Shown here: positions 1 through 8,128 of the stretch, piece after piece | Position numbering within the stretch: position 1 is the stretch's first letter | Layout: the number at the start of each line of letters is the position of its first letter | Source of the DNA: a virus | Taxonomy: Duplodnaviria; Heunggongvirae; Uroviricota; Caudoviricetes | DNA: 44,558 nucleotides | Direction: 5' to 3' (one strand) | Virus record (IMG/VR): IMGVR_UViG_2541047901_000009 | Made by a program: the position numbers and the translations under genes | The notes under the pieces: generated by a model | What the model was told of the DNA's origin: nothing | Seen by the model: the letters and a program-made list of their open reading frames with translations, nothing else | Databases searched by the model: none

Positions 1-2109
1 TTACACCATACTGTTAACCTGGCCGGGTAATTCGCTAGCTGGAATACGAAAGGTATACCAGGCATAACGACAGCGTTTCCACAGGCTGGAGAAATGGAGA
101 TGATAAAGGCAATCTGCAATAATTTCGTTATCTGGATATAAAGACTCGGCAAAATGTGTCCAGCGCGCACTGAGTTTCATGTTAAACAGTTTTTCATCTT
201 CTTTGTTACCATACAGGCGCGACAAAGTAATCATTGCTTCGAGCGTACCTTTATTCGCTTCTTCTTGTACCTGTTGGAGGTGCAAATGAGCAAGTGAGAG
301 TTCTTTCACCTCAAAGATATTAAGTAAAAAAAGCCCCCATGCTTTTTCATGTCCAGCTTCATGAGCCAGAAATAAATTGTCAAGGAGATTTTTTTCATAA
401 ATAGCCCGTGTTTCTTTAGAAATTTCTTGTTTATTTAGTGCCTGGTAGCAGATAGCAATGCTAAAATAAATATTTTGTAGATCTTGTTGATGTTCGCTAT
501 AACCATAATTTTTTACCAGTGGATAAGATACCGAGCTATGGAAATTTAGGTCATCTTGAAGTATTTTAAGTGCCCGTCGAAAATACTCCAAAGCTGTAGA
601 TGGTTCATAAGGTAATTTTGTATTGTCTTCCTTATCCAAATATTCAAGAGCAACTAAATTTAATGCGGCAGGAATATTTCTTTGCTTACCAATTGTCGCA
701 AGCGGAATGAAATAATCAGAAAGGTCAAACCAACTCAAATCTTTTATTGCCGACCGCCAATTATGATTGTATTTAATGTCACTAGCTTTTTCCAGCCAAG
801 CATCGCCCTGCCCTTCATCTTTTTCAAAACCCAAAATACCCTCTCGCTGGAAAAACCCCCTATAAATAACAGGTGTAGCATAAGTTGTATTCTGTGAATT
901 TTGGCAGATAAAATTATATATCCAGAATGAATCTGGATAATAACTTAATGCAAATTTTATCGCGTACGCAGTGTAATAATTATTGAGCTTCATGTCTTCC
1001 ATCACCGCTCGCTGTATACAGCACCACAACTTATCGTGATCGTTCTGCTTGTTATAGCAGGCAAGTAACCACTCTAGGGCATTATGGCGACATTCCTGAA
1101 ATTGTGCGTACTGAGCAATATTCTCTGCTAAGTCGATTGCATATTGTTGCTCCTCGGGCGCAATGTCCTCAATGCTGACATCTCGGTAATCATCCCACCA
1201 AAGTAAGAGATCCATATAGTCATGTTCTTCGGTAGATAAGTGCTTACAGGTTACTGAATCCAGCAATTCGGAAATTTCTTTATGCGACCCTCCCCAGCGT
1301 GGCATTCGAAATGGTATATATTCAACAAAAGGATAAAAAGTGTGAGGAAAAATAGTCAGGCAAACAGAAAGCCAATATTTTTGCCCACCATCATCATCAT
1401 ACTCAGGAAGTATATTGGGGCGAGGCAAAACGGGGCATATTGCATGCTCAAACGAAAGTCCGGAATACGCCATCAACGCTTCCACTTCTTGCGGGGAGCG
1501 GCGGTGATAATTTTTCAGTGCGATCATTAATGGTATTCCTGCGACACTATCACCGTTAAGGTGTGCCGCCAGCCAGGCTGGCTGACCAAATACTTTTGAG
1601 TTGGTGCTGGTAAGTAATGCAGCCATCCATTGTCGTGGGTCACAATCAATTGCTTTAAGTGTAGCGATGACCATTTGTTCATTACATGCACCAGCACAAA
1701 GCCACATTGCATGTGTGGTATCATTTGCCCAGCCATAACTGCGATATAACCATGCACGGTGATTCCAGTATTGTGCTTCGGCAAGCCAGGCATGTGTAGA
1801 ATGAGGTCTTGCTTGCTGCCAGGTTTTAATGAGTCTTAAACCTTCTGTTCCGGCATCAACTAGCGTGTTCATATCATAAAAATAGTTGCACATTTGGGTC
1901 CAGGATAAAAAATAGCGCTTTTCAGCCTGACGAGAAGTGAAACTCTCCTGTAATACCTGGTTATAAATTTCATCTAGTTCCTGATAACGTTTTTCTTGTA
2001 ACATATAAGGAATATTTGCGATTTGCCATTTTCTCTCAAGAGTATTAAGTGGCATTTTTTGGTCACACATCTTTTGCATTGCACTGAGTAAACGAGCATC
2101 CTGTTCCAT
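1..2109 (-). CDS. Hypothetical protein, about 702 aa, Trp-rich, with an HEAGH (HExxH-like) motif near the C-terminus; last gene of a three-gene operon
   Basis: Long ORF 1..2148 on the minus strand. The likely true start is the ATG for MEQDARLL at about 2109, preceded by AAGGA and lying just after the stop of the upstream gene. No family recognised. Region is AT-rich by eye. Confidence 0.6.
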   Translation of the reverse strand: MEQDARLLSAMQKMCDQKMPLNTLERKWQIANIPYMLQEKRYQELDEIYNQVLQESFTSRQAEKRYFLSWTQMCNYFYDMNTLVDAGTEGLRLIKTWQQARPHSTHAWLAEAQYWNHRAWLYRSYGWANDTTHAMWLCAGACNEQMVIATLKAIDCDPRQWMAALLTSTNSKVFGQPAWLAAHLNGDSVAGIPLMIALKNYHRRSPQEVEALMAYSGLSFEHAICPVLPRPNILPEYDDDGGQKYWLSVCLTIFPHTFYPFVEYIPFRMPRWGGSHKEISELLDSVTCKHLSTEEHDYMDLLLWWDDYRDVSIEDIAPEEQQYAIDLAENIAQYAQFQECRHNALEWLLACYNKQNDHDKLWCCIQRAVMEDMKLNNYYTAYAIKFALSYYPDSFWIYNFICQNSQNTTYATPVIYRGFFQREGILGFEKDEGQGDAWLEKASDIKYNHNWRSAIKDLSWFDLSDYFIPLATIGKQRNIPAALNLVALEYLDKEDNTKLPYEPSTALEYFRRALKILQDDLNFHSSVSYPLVKNYGYSEHQQDLQNIYFSIAICYQALNKQEISKETRAIYEKNLLDNLFLAHEAGHEKAWGLFLLNIFEVKELSLAHLHLQQVQEEANKGTLEAMITLSRLYGNKEDEKLFNMKLSARWTHFAESLYPDNEIIADCLYHLHFSSLWKRCRYAWYTFRIPASELPGQVNSMV

Positions 2110-2119
2110 AGATATCCTT

Positions 2120-2836
2120 TTAATTAGGTTCAAAAATTTTAAATTCATTCCACGGCAATTTTTTCCAGTTACTGGATGGATCTTTCAACCATGCAGTGAC
2201 TTCCTTTAAATCACGGTTCGCAGTGGCGACGGGGGTATCGTATATCATTAACCATTTTTGTCGGGCGCGAACATAAGCACTGGCATAATCTTCCCATGAA
2301 GCGAAACAATCTTGTGCTCTTTGAGCATTCAGTAATAACACTATCCAGGCCTGGTTTTCATCGCACCAGCCTAAACCGGCGATGCAACGAGTTAAAAAAG
2401 CAGTGCGCATACAGTCAAACGCCAGCCCATCCAGAACCTGGCCTTGTGCTGCCAGTTGTTCGTAAAAATCATGTGGAGAATTACCAAGCCCTGTAGCCCA
2501 GCGCTGTAATATAACGCCAATTTGTTGACGGAAATCTTCGTTGCTTTGGTAAGTTTCTGTTCCTAGCTCTTGTTTAACCTGTAGTGCAAGTTGTTGACGC
2601 TTATCATCAGTCAACTTTAAATCTAACGTGAAGCCATTTACTGACAGTCCATTACGACGAGCAACTATATCACCAATTGCTAATGCCCACTTACGTCTCT
2701 TTGTTGCTCGTCTTTTGTCCTTGATTAGATCCTTTTCTTTTTCTTTAGCAATAAAAGCATCGATTTGTGGTTTGTTTTTTTTGTATCTATAGATAAAAAT
2801 AAATATTGCGACCAGGAGAACAATGATAAGACTCAT
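2120..2836 (-). CDS. Hypothetical membrane-anchored protein, 238 aa, single N-terminal transmembrane helix
   Basis: ORF with hydrophobic N-terminus (LIIVLLVAIFIFIY) followed by a Lys/Arg-rich stretch. Its start overlaps the stop of the upstream 404-aa gene, indicating translational coupling. Confidence 0.6.
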   Translation of the reverse strand: MSLIIVLLVAIFIFIYRYKKNKPQIDAFIAKEKEKDLIKDKRRATKRRKWALAIGDIVARRNGLSVNGFTLDLKLTDDKRQQLALQVKQELGTETYQSNEDFRQQIGVILQRWATGLGNSPHDFYEQLAAQGQVLDGLAFDCMRTAFLTRCIAGLGWCDENQAWIVLLLNAQRAQDCFASWEDYASAYVRARQKWLMIYDTPVATANRDLKEVTAWLKDPSSNWKKLPWNEFKIFEPN

Positions 2837-4050
2837 TATTTTTCAACCTCTGACAGGGGTAAGTAATGAGATGTCTGTAATGTCAAACTCTCTATCTCAA
2901 AGGAAATGTTGCTGATATTTTGACCTGCAAATTGCGGATGCCACTCAGCGCCAGGGAATAACATTTCCGCAGAAGTAGCAACTATAGGGTCAATAGCATT
3001 AAGATAATGTAACTTATCAGGTGCGCTGTGTAACAGTAACCACTGCAACTCCACTGAAGGATTTGTAAAATGTTCTAATAAATGAAAGTTATTATGTAGT
3101 ACGCTTAGTAAAAAACTGGTTTCGTATACTTCCGTTACATATTTCCACCCCTGATATTCAGGTGTATTTTCATAAACAATACCCATACCTTCACAATCAC
3201 TATGTCGAACTGCTTGTGGTGATAATAGTTGCAAAAGAGACAAAACATCGTCCGCATATTTTTTAACTGGATGACGATTTTGCTTACCTTTTATTTGATC
3301 AATTTCAAGTGAATCACCAACAACATTGAGAGCAATAGTAACATGAGGAATATTATTATTATCACGCAAACTGAATAACCGTAATTTATGTTGCTCAATT
3401 TGATTTGCATAATACTCACCATAACCACCGGTAAGATTTTTTCGATCATCAAACTGGCCTACGCAATGTTGCATATGCCATGATTCATAAGCCATTTCAC
3501 GACGAAGGTTCGAATGACTGGCATCAAACTCAACAATTTTTCCGTCTGGCACATCAAGTATTGACTTTACAGTATTTTGTTCACTCGGCTGCCACCCTTT
3601 CTCGCGTCGTTGAAGCATCTTTTCATGCTCTTCTTCACGCATTCTGAACGCAACGTAGCAGGTTATGCGCTGTAGTTTTGATTCCAGACGGGTACCACAT
3701 TTCCTGGAAAGAAATTCCACCAACTCCCGTTCTTTGGTTAATATTTGTTGATGATCGGTTTCGATATAATAAAGTGTCGCAGTTGATACTGAGGCAGTAT
3801 TAAACTTCGATACCAGCCATTCCGGGATTACATCATCATTTTTATTAAACAGTGAATATTCTGCAAGCGAGTTAATTTGTTGCACCATTGGAAAGTCACT
3901 AATTAGCCATCGATAAAAATGGTTGAGTAACCATTTTTGGATGGTCTCATTATCCTGGCGAAACAGACTTCTTTGCAAAATTGCTGTTTTTACTTCCGGG
4001 GCATTAATTACATCCCTTGCATTATAATTCTGGTGAATATTTCCAGTCAT
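2836..4050 (-). CDS. Hypothetical protein, 404 aa, first gene of the three-gene operon
   Basis: Uninterrupted 404-codon ORF, followed by about 220 bp of AT-rich upstream sequence. No recognisable catalytic motif. Confidence 0.6.
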   Translation of the reverse strand: MTGNIHQNYNARDVINAPEVKTAILQRSLFRQDNETIQKWLLNHFYRWLISDFPMVQQINSLAEYSLFNKNDDVIPEWLVSKFNTASVSTATLYYIETDHQQILTKERELVEFLSRKCGTRLESKLQRITCYVAFRMREEEHEKMLQRREKGWQPSEQNTVKSILDVPDGKIVEFDASHSNLRREMAYESWHMQHCVGQFDDRKNLTGGYGEYYANQIEQHKLRLFSLRDNNNIPHVTIALNVVGDSLEIDQIKGKQNRHPVKKYADDVLSLLQLLSPQAVRHSDCEGMGIVYENTPEYQGWKYVTEVYETSFLLSVLHNNFHLLEHFTNPSVELQWLLLHSAPDKLHYLNAIDPIVATSAEMLFPGAEWHPQFAGQNISNISFEIESLTLQTSHYLPLSEVEK

Positions 4051-4537
4051 AACATCCGCCCGTGTTTATTATATCACTCAAAGCAATAATTGTTGACTAT
4101 AGATTTTTTATCTAAATCAGCATGGTTGCAGGTACATACTCAAGTAAGCCACTCAAGAAAATAACGTAAACTCAATAGTGGCAGCGTCACAAACTTTGGA
4201 AATTATGTCTTATATTTGCAGTTTATTTTAGTGAATAATTGAGATAAATGACATTATTTTACATCCTCAATAATTCAGGCTGTAAGAGGACGGCAAATAC
4301 ATTCATAATTATCAGGGGATGAACATTCAGGAAAGTAGTCAGTATCGTCAACTTTTTCTTTTATCACTACATGAAGATTTCGTGTAGATACTCCCATCTC
4401 TGCCACTTCTCCCCTCACATTTACACTGGAGCTAAACCCGCCGATTGCGCTACAATGCCCGCCCTTAAAGTGGGGGCACTCCCCTAACCGCTTCATCAGG
4501 TGAAGCGGCTCTGACCTGTCATCAGAACGAGAGAATT

Positions 4538-5899
4538 ATGTTTAAACCGGAACTCCTTTCCCCGGCGGGAACGCTGAAAAATATGCGTTACGCTTTCGCT
4601 TATGGCGCAGATGCTGTTTATGCGGGCCAGCCGCGTTACTCCCTGCGTGTACGCAACAACGAATTCAACCACGAAAATCTTCAGCTCGGCATCAATGAAG
4701 CCCACGCGCTGGGGAAAAAGTTTTATGTCGTGGTCAACATTGCACCGCACAACGCCAAGCTGAAAACCTTTATCCGTGACCTGAAACCGGTGGTGGAAAT
4801 GGGGCCGGATGCGCTGATTATGTCCGATCCAGGGCTGATTATGCTGGTGCGTGAACACTTCCCGGAAATGCCAATCCACCTCTCGGTACAGGCTAACGCC
4901 GTAAACTGGGCGACGGTGAAATTCTGGCAGCAAATGGGTCTGACCCGCGTGATCCTCTCTCGCGAACTGTCACTGGAAGAGATTGAAGAGATCCGCAATC
5001 AGGTGCCGGATATGGAGATCGAAATCTTCGTTCACGGCGCGCTGTGCATGGCCTACTCCGGTCGCTGCCTGCTCTCTGGCTATATCAACAAGCGCGACCC
5101 GAACCAGGGCACCTGCACCAACGCCTGCCGCTGGGAGTACAATGTCCAGGAAGGGAAAGAAGATGACGTCGGCAACATCGTACACAAGTACGAGCCGATT
5201 CCGGTGCAAAATGTTGAGCCGACGCTGGGTATCGGCGCGCCAACCGACAAAGTGTTTATGATCGAAGAAGCCCAGCGTCCGGGCGAGTATATGACCGCGT
5301 TTGAAGATGAGCACGGCACTTACATCATGAACTCGAAAGATCTGCGCGCCATCGCCCATGTTGAACGCCTGACCAAAATGGGCGTGCATTCGCTGAAAAT
5401 CGAAGGCCGTACCAAATCTTTCTACTATTGCGCACGCACCGCGCAGGTTTACCGTAAAGCTATCGATGACGCCGCTGCGGGCAAACCGTTCGATACCAGC
5501 CTGCTGGAAACGCTGGAAGGTCTGGCGCATCGTGGCTATACCGAAGGTTTCCTGCGTCGTCATACCCACGACGATTATCAGAACTACGAATACGGTTATT
5601 CGGTTTCTGACCGCCAGCAGTTTGTTGGTGAGTTTACCGGTGAGCGCAAGGGGGAGCTCGCGGCGGTAGCGGTGAAAAATAAATTCTCCGTTGGCGACAG
5701 CCTTGAGCTGATGACGCCGCAAGGCAACATTAACTTTACCCTTGAGCATATGGAAAACGCCAAAGGTGAAGCGATGCCGGTCGCACCAGGCGATGGTTAT
5801 ACTGTGTGGCTCCCGGTGCCGCAGGATCTTGAGCTAAATTACGCGCTGCTGATGCGTAATTTCTCCGGGGAAACCACGCGTAACCCCCACGGTAAGTGA
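4538..5899 (+). CDS. yegQ: Peptidase U32 family protein YegQ (tRNA hydroxylation protein TrhP)
   Basis: 453-aa translation recognised as the E. coli YegQ/U32 collagenase-like family (conserved core around EIFVHGALCMAYSGRCLLS). The P2 remnant ogrK sits directly downstream of yegQ in E. coli K-12, and this window has a full prophage at that position. Confidence 0.92.
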   Translation: MFKPELLSPAGTLKNMRYAFAYGADAVYAGQPRYSLRVRNNEFNHENLQLGINEAHALGKKFYVVVNIAPHNAKLKTFIRDLKPVVEMGPDALIMSDPGLIMLVREHFPEMPIHLSVQANAVNWATVKFWQQMGLTRVILSRELSLEEIEEIRNQVPDMEIEIFVHGALCMAYSGRCLLSGYINKRDPNQGTCTNACRWEYNVQEGKEDDVGNIVHKYEPIPVQNVEPTLGIGAPTDKVFMIEEAQRPGEYMTAFEDEHGTYIMNSKDLRAIAHVERLTKMGVHSLKIEGRTKSFYYCARTAQVYRKAIDDAAAGKPFDTSLLETLEGLAHRGYTEGFLRRHTHDDYQNYEYGYSVSDRQQFVGEFTGERKGELAAVAVKNKFSVGDSLELMTPQGNINFTLEHMENAKGEAMPVAPGDGYTVWLPVPQDLELNYALLMRNFSGETTRNPHGK

Positions 5900-6043
5900 T
5901 TAATTTCGATTATTTTTCCCGGATGGAAAATTCTTAGAAACCGATCACATACAGCTGCATTTATTAAGGTTATCATCCGTTTCGCTGAAAAACATAACCC
6001 ATAAAATGCTAGCTGTACCAGGAACCACCTCCTTAGCCTGTGT

Positions 6044-6071
6044 AATCTCCCTTACACGGGCTTATTTTTTA
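6044..6071. repeat. Prophage attachment-site core, ogr-proximal copy (28-bp direct repeat AATCTCCCTTACACGGGCTTATTTTTTA)
   Basis: The identical 28-mer recurs at 43886-43913 next to int. It contains the remembered P2 att core (AAAAAATAAGCCCGTGTAAGGGAGATT) in reverse orientation. Confidence 0.85.
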
Positions 6072-6132
6072 CGCGTAACACAATGAAATAAAAGGATTTA
6101 TTTCTGGTCACGTCCACACATTGACCACATCG

Positions 6133-6158
6133 ACAAAAAAGCCCCTCGACTGAGGGGC
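6133..6158 (-). terminator. Probable rho-independent terminator downstream of ogr
   Basis: GC-rich hairpin GCCCCTC-gact-GAGGGGC followed on the minus strand by a T-run (plus-strand AAAAAA at 6135-6140). Confidence 0.5.
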
Positions 6159-6171
6159 TTCCTGTTTGTAA

Positions 6172-6390
6172 TTACATCCACATAATTTGCTGCCCTGACG
6201 GCAACGGGTGCGGTCTTACGGCGTGGACTTCTCCCGGCTTCACGATGTATCGCTGTACCGACTCATAAGTGATGAATGTGGCGCTGCAATTCACGTTCTG
6301 ACACTGGTGATAACGCTCTTTTGTCGTGTCAGTGATATAGCGGCTTGTACGCGCATGTGCGGCATGCTGGCATAAAGGACAATGAAACAT
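6172..6390 (-). CDS. ogr: P2 Ogr late-gene transcriptional activator (zinc-finger)
   Basis: 72-aa product from the internal Met (MFHCPLCQHAAHARTSRYITDTTKERYHQCQNVNC...) with CxxC...CxxC, matching P2 Ogr. The ORF-track N-terminal extension was rejected. Confidence 0.9.
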   Translation of the reverse strand: MFHCPLCQHAAHARTSRYITDTTKERYHQCQNVNCSATFITYESVQRYIVKPGEVHAVRPHPLPSGQQIMWM

Positions 6391-6471
6391 CGCGAGCACC
6401 TCTTCCGGTTTTGTTGATGGTGCCATTTTAGTTAATTTATCCTTATAAAACAAACAGATAAATAAATTACA

Positions 6472-7635
6472 TCACTCATCATCTTCTGTTTCGTACTCCA
6501 CATCAGAAAGCCTGACCTCAAGCTCTAAGGACGTCGTGAAGCCGCTATTATTCAGAAAATGTGTCACCTTAGTGATTGTCCAGTCCTGCTCGTCTATGAC
6601 GCGCTTAAAGCCTGATACTTTAACCGGTGTTTCCGTGTAAATATCAGCACGACCGGTAGCCAGGCTGATGGAGAACTCCGCAACGCCCCGTTGCAGTTTA
6701 TCCCACTTCGCCTGAGCGGCACGCATGGCCTGTGCTTTCGTGGCATATACCGTGGTCAGGGCAAAAACGTTGTCAGCCTCACCGGCCATGTATTCACCTT
6801 CGCGCGCTTCCGGTACTCTTGGCGCTTTCTTCTGCCTGACCGGTTTTGCTTTCGGGTGCTCCAGTGCGCGCAGGTGTTTTTCTTTCTTTTTGCGTTTCAG
6901 TTTTACCTTCTGCTTTTGCGGCTTCGGGTCTTTGGTGTGTAACCACTTTGCCGTTACGCCGGTATAGGCTCCACGGTCAGCAATCGCAAAATGATGGCGG
7001 TCGCCGTCGCTGCGGGTGATGGTGACCTGCGGGATTTTTTTACCGCTGGCCGTCACCCCCTGCCCCGCTTTGAGAAACAGCAGTTTTCCCATTTTTACCG
7101 ACACCTCACCGCCGTTGCGTTCTGCAAGACGGGTCAGGAATTTCGCATCAGACTCCTGCGACTGGTCGATGTGCGGAATTTTAATTCCGGCCAGTGACGG
7201 AGCGATACTGGCTTCCAGCCTGTTACGGGAGGCAATCGCCTCAACAATCGCACCGAGCGTGGTGTCATGCCAGGAGCCTTCCCGGCGGGAATTGAGCGTC
7301 CCGCGAAAATCTGCACTCCGGGCGCGGATGGTGACCACATCCGGCGCGCCCCGGTGTTCAACCTCATCAACGGTAAATTTCCCTTTGCATACCAGGGCAA
7401 AACCTTTCCAGCCGATATACACCGTCAGGACAGCGCCACGAACCGGCAGCCCGACCTGCCCGTCGGCATCGTTCAGTTCAATATCAAGCTGGTCAGCCTC
7501 AAAGCCCCGGTTATCCGTCAGGGTCATGCTCATCAGACGGTCGCTGATATTGCCGGTAATATCCCTGCTGTCGAGCATCAGCATGTAATCCGGCGTCAGC
7601 GTACTGCCTGCATCAAATGTCAGCGCATCCAGCAT
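6472..7635 (-). CDS. D: P2 gpD tail protein
   Basis: 387 aa, the same length and position as P2 D, between U and ogr. Confidence 0.88.
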   Translation of the reverse strand: MLDALTFDAGSTLTPDYMLMLDSRDITGNISDRLMSMTLTDNRGFEADQLDIELNDADGQVGLPVRGAVLTVYIGWKGFALVCKGKFTVDEVEHRGAPDVVTIRARSADFRGTLNSRREGSWHDTTLGAIVEAIASRNRLEASIAPSLAGIKIPHIDQSQESDAKFLTRLAERNGGEVSVKMGKLLFLKAGQGVTASGKKIPQVTITRSDGDRHHFAIADRGAYTGVTAKWLHTKDPKPQKQKVKLKRKKKEKHLRALEHPKAKPVRQKKAPRVPEAREGEYMAGEADNVFALTTVYATKAQAMRAAQAKWDKLQRGVAEFSISLATGRADIYTETPVKVSGFKRVIDEQDWTITKVTHFLNNSGFTTSLELEVRLSDVEYETEDDE

Positions 7636-8114
7636 TATCCCGCCCCCGTCATACCCGTGAATTTAGTCGCCATACTGCCAGCCTTACCGATGAGCGATTC
7701 CGCCTGTTTACCGATATCGCCATAAAGCGCGGCCAGTGATTCATCAACGCGGGTGAGCGACAGCGTAAAATCAATTTTTCGGGGTGTGCCGTCTGCAAAG
7801 AAAATACTCCCTGTTTCACTCACCCTGCTGATGACATACATGCCGTAAATCATGCCGGTGCCATCCAGCAACGGCCACGCCCGGCCTTCCTCTGCCATCA
7901 GTCTGAGCGTGGTCATCGTCAGCTTTCCGCCGGTCAGTTCTGGATAAAGCACACCGGCAAGCGTAATGTTTTCCTCACCCACACCGAGAAACTGGTAGGC
8001 ATCCCGTTTGCCGATACGGGAATTTGACGGCCAGCGATAATCTGATTCACGCTGCATGGTCTGGTGTGGCAGCGTCTGGCGCATAAAAACAAACATACCT
8101 AACGCGAGCATCAT
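7635..8114 (-). CDS. U: P2 gpU tail protein
   Basis: 159 aa, in the P2 U position and of P2 U length. Confidence 0.85.
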   Translation of the reverse strand: MMLALGMFVFMRQTLPHQTMQRESDYRWPSNSRIGKRDAYQFLGVGEENITLAGVLYPELTGGKLTMTTLRLMAEEGRAWPLLDGTGMIYGMYVISRVSETGSIFFADGTPRKIDFTLSLTRVDESLAALYGDIGKQAESLIGKAGSMATKFTGMTGAG

Positions 8115-8128
8115 TTTTCGTCACCTCC

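Noticed and set aside
4275-4496. 73-aa Cys-rich minus-strand ORF in the intergenic region upstream of yegQ
   Set aside because: No convincing RBS; it overlaps the yegQ leader and hairpin-containing region. More likely regulatory sequence than a gene, though a small protein cannot be excluded without conservation data.
4480-4510. Hairpin CCGCTTCA-tcagg-TGAAGCGG just upstream of the yegQ start, considered as a terminator or REP element
   Set aside because: No adjacent T-run on either strand and no match to the REP consensus I remember. It may be a leader structure, but evidence is insufficient to annotate.
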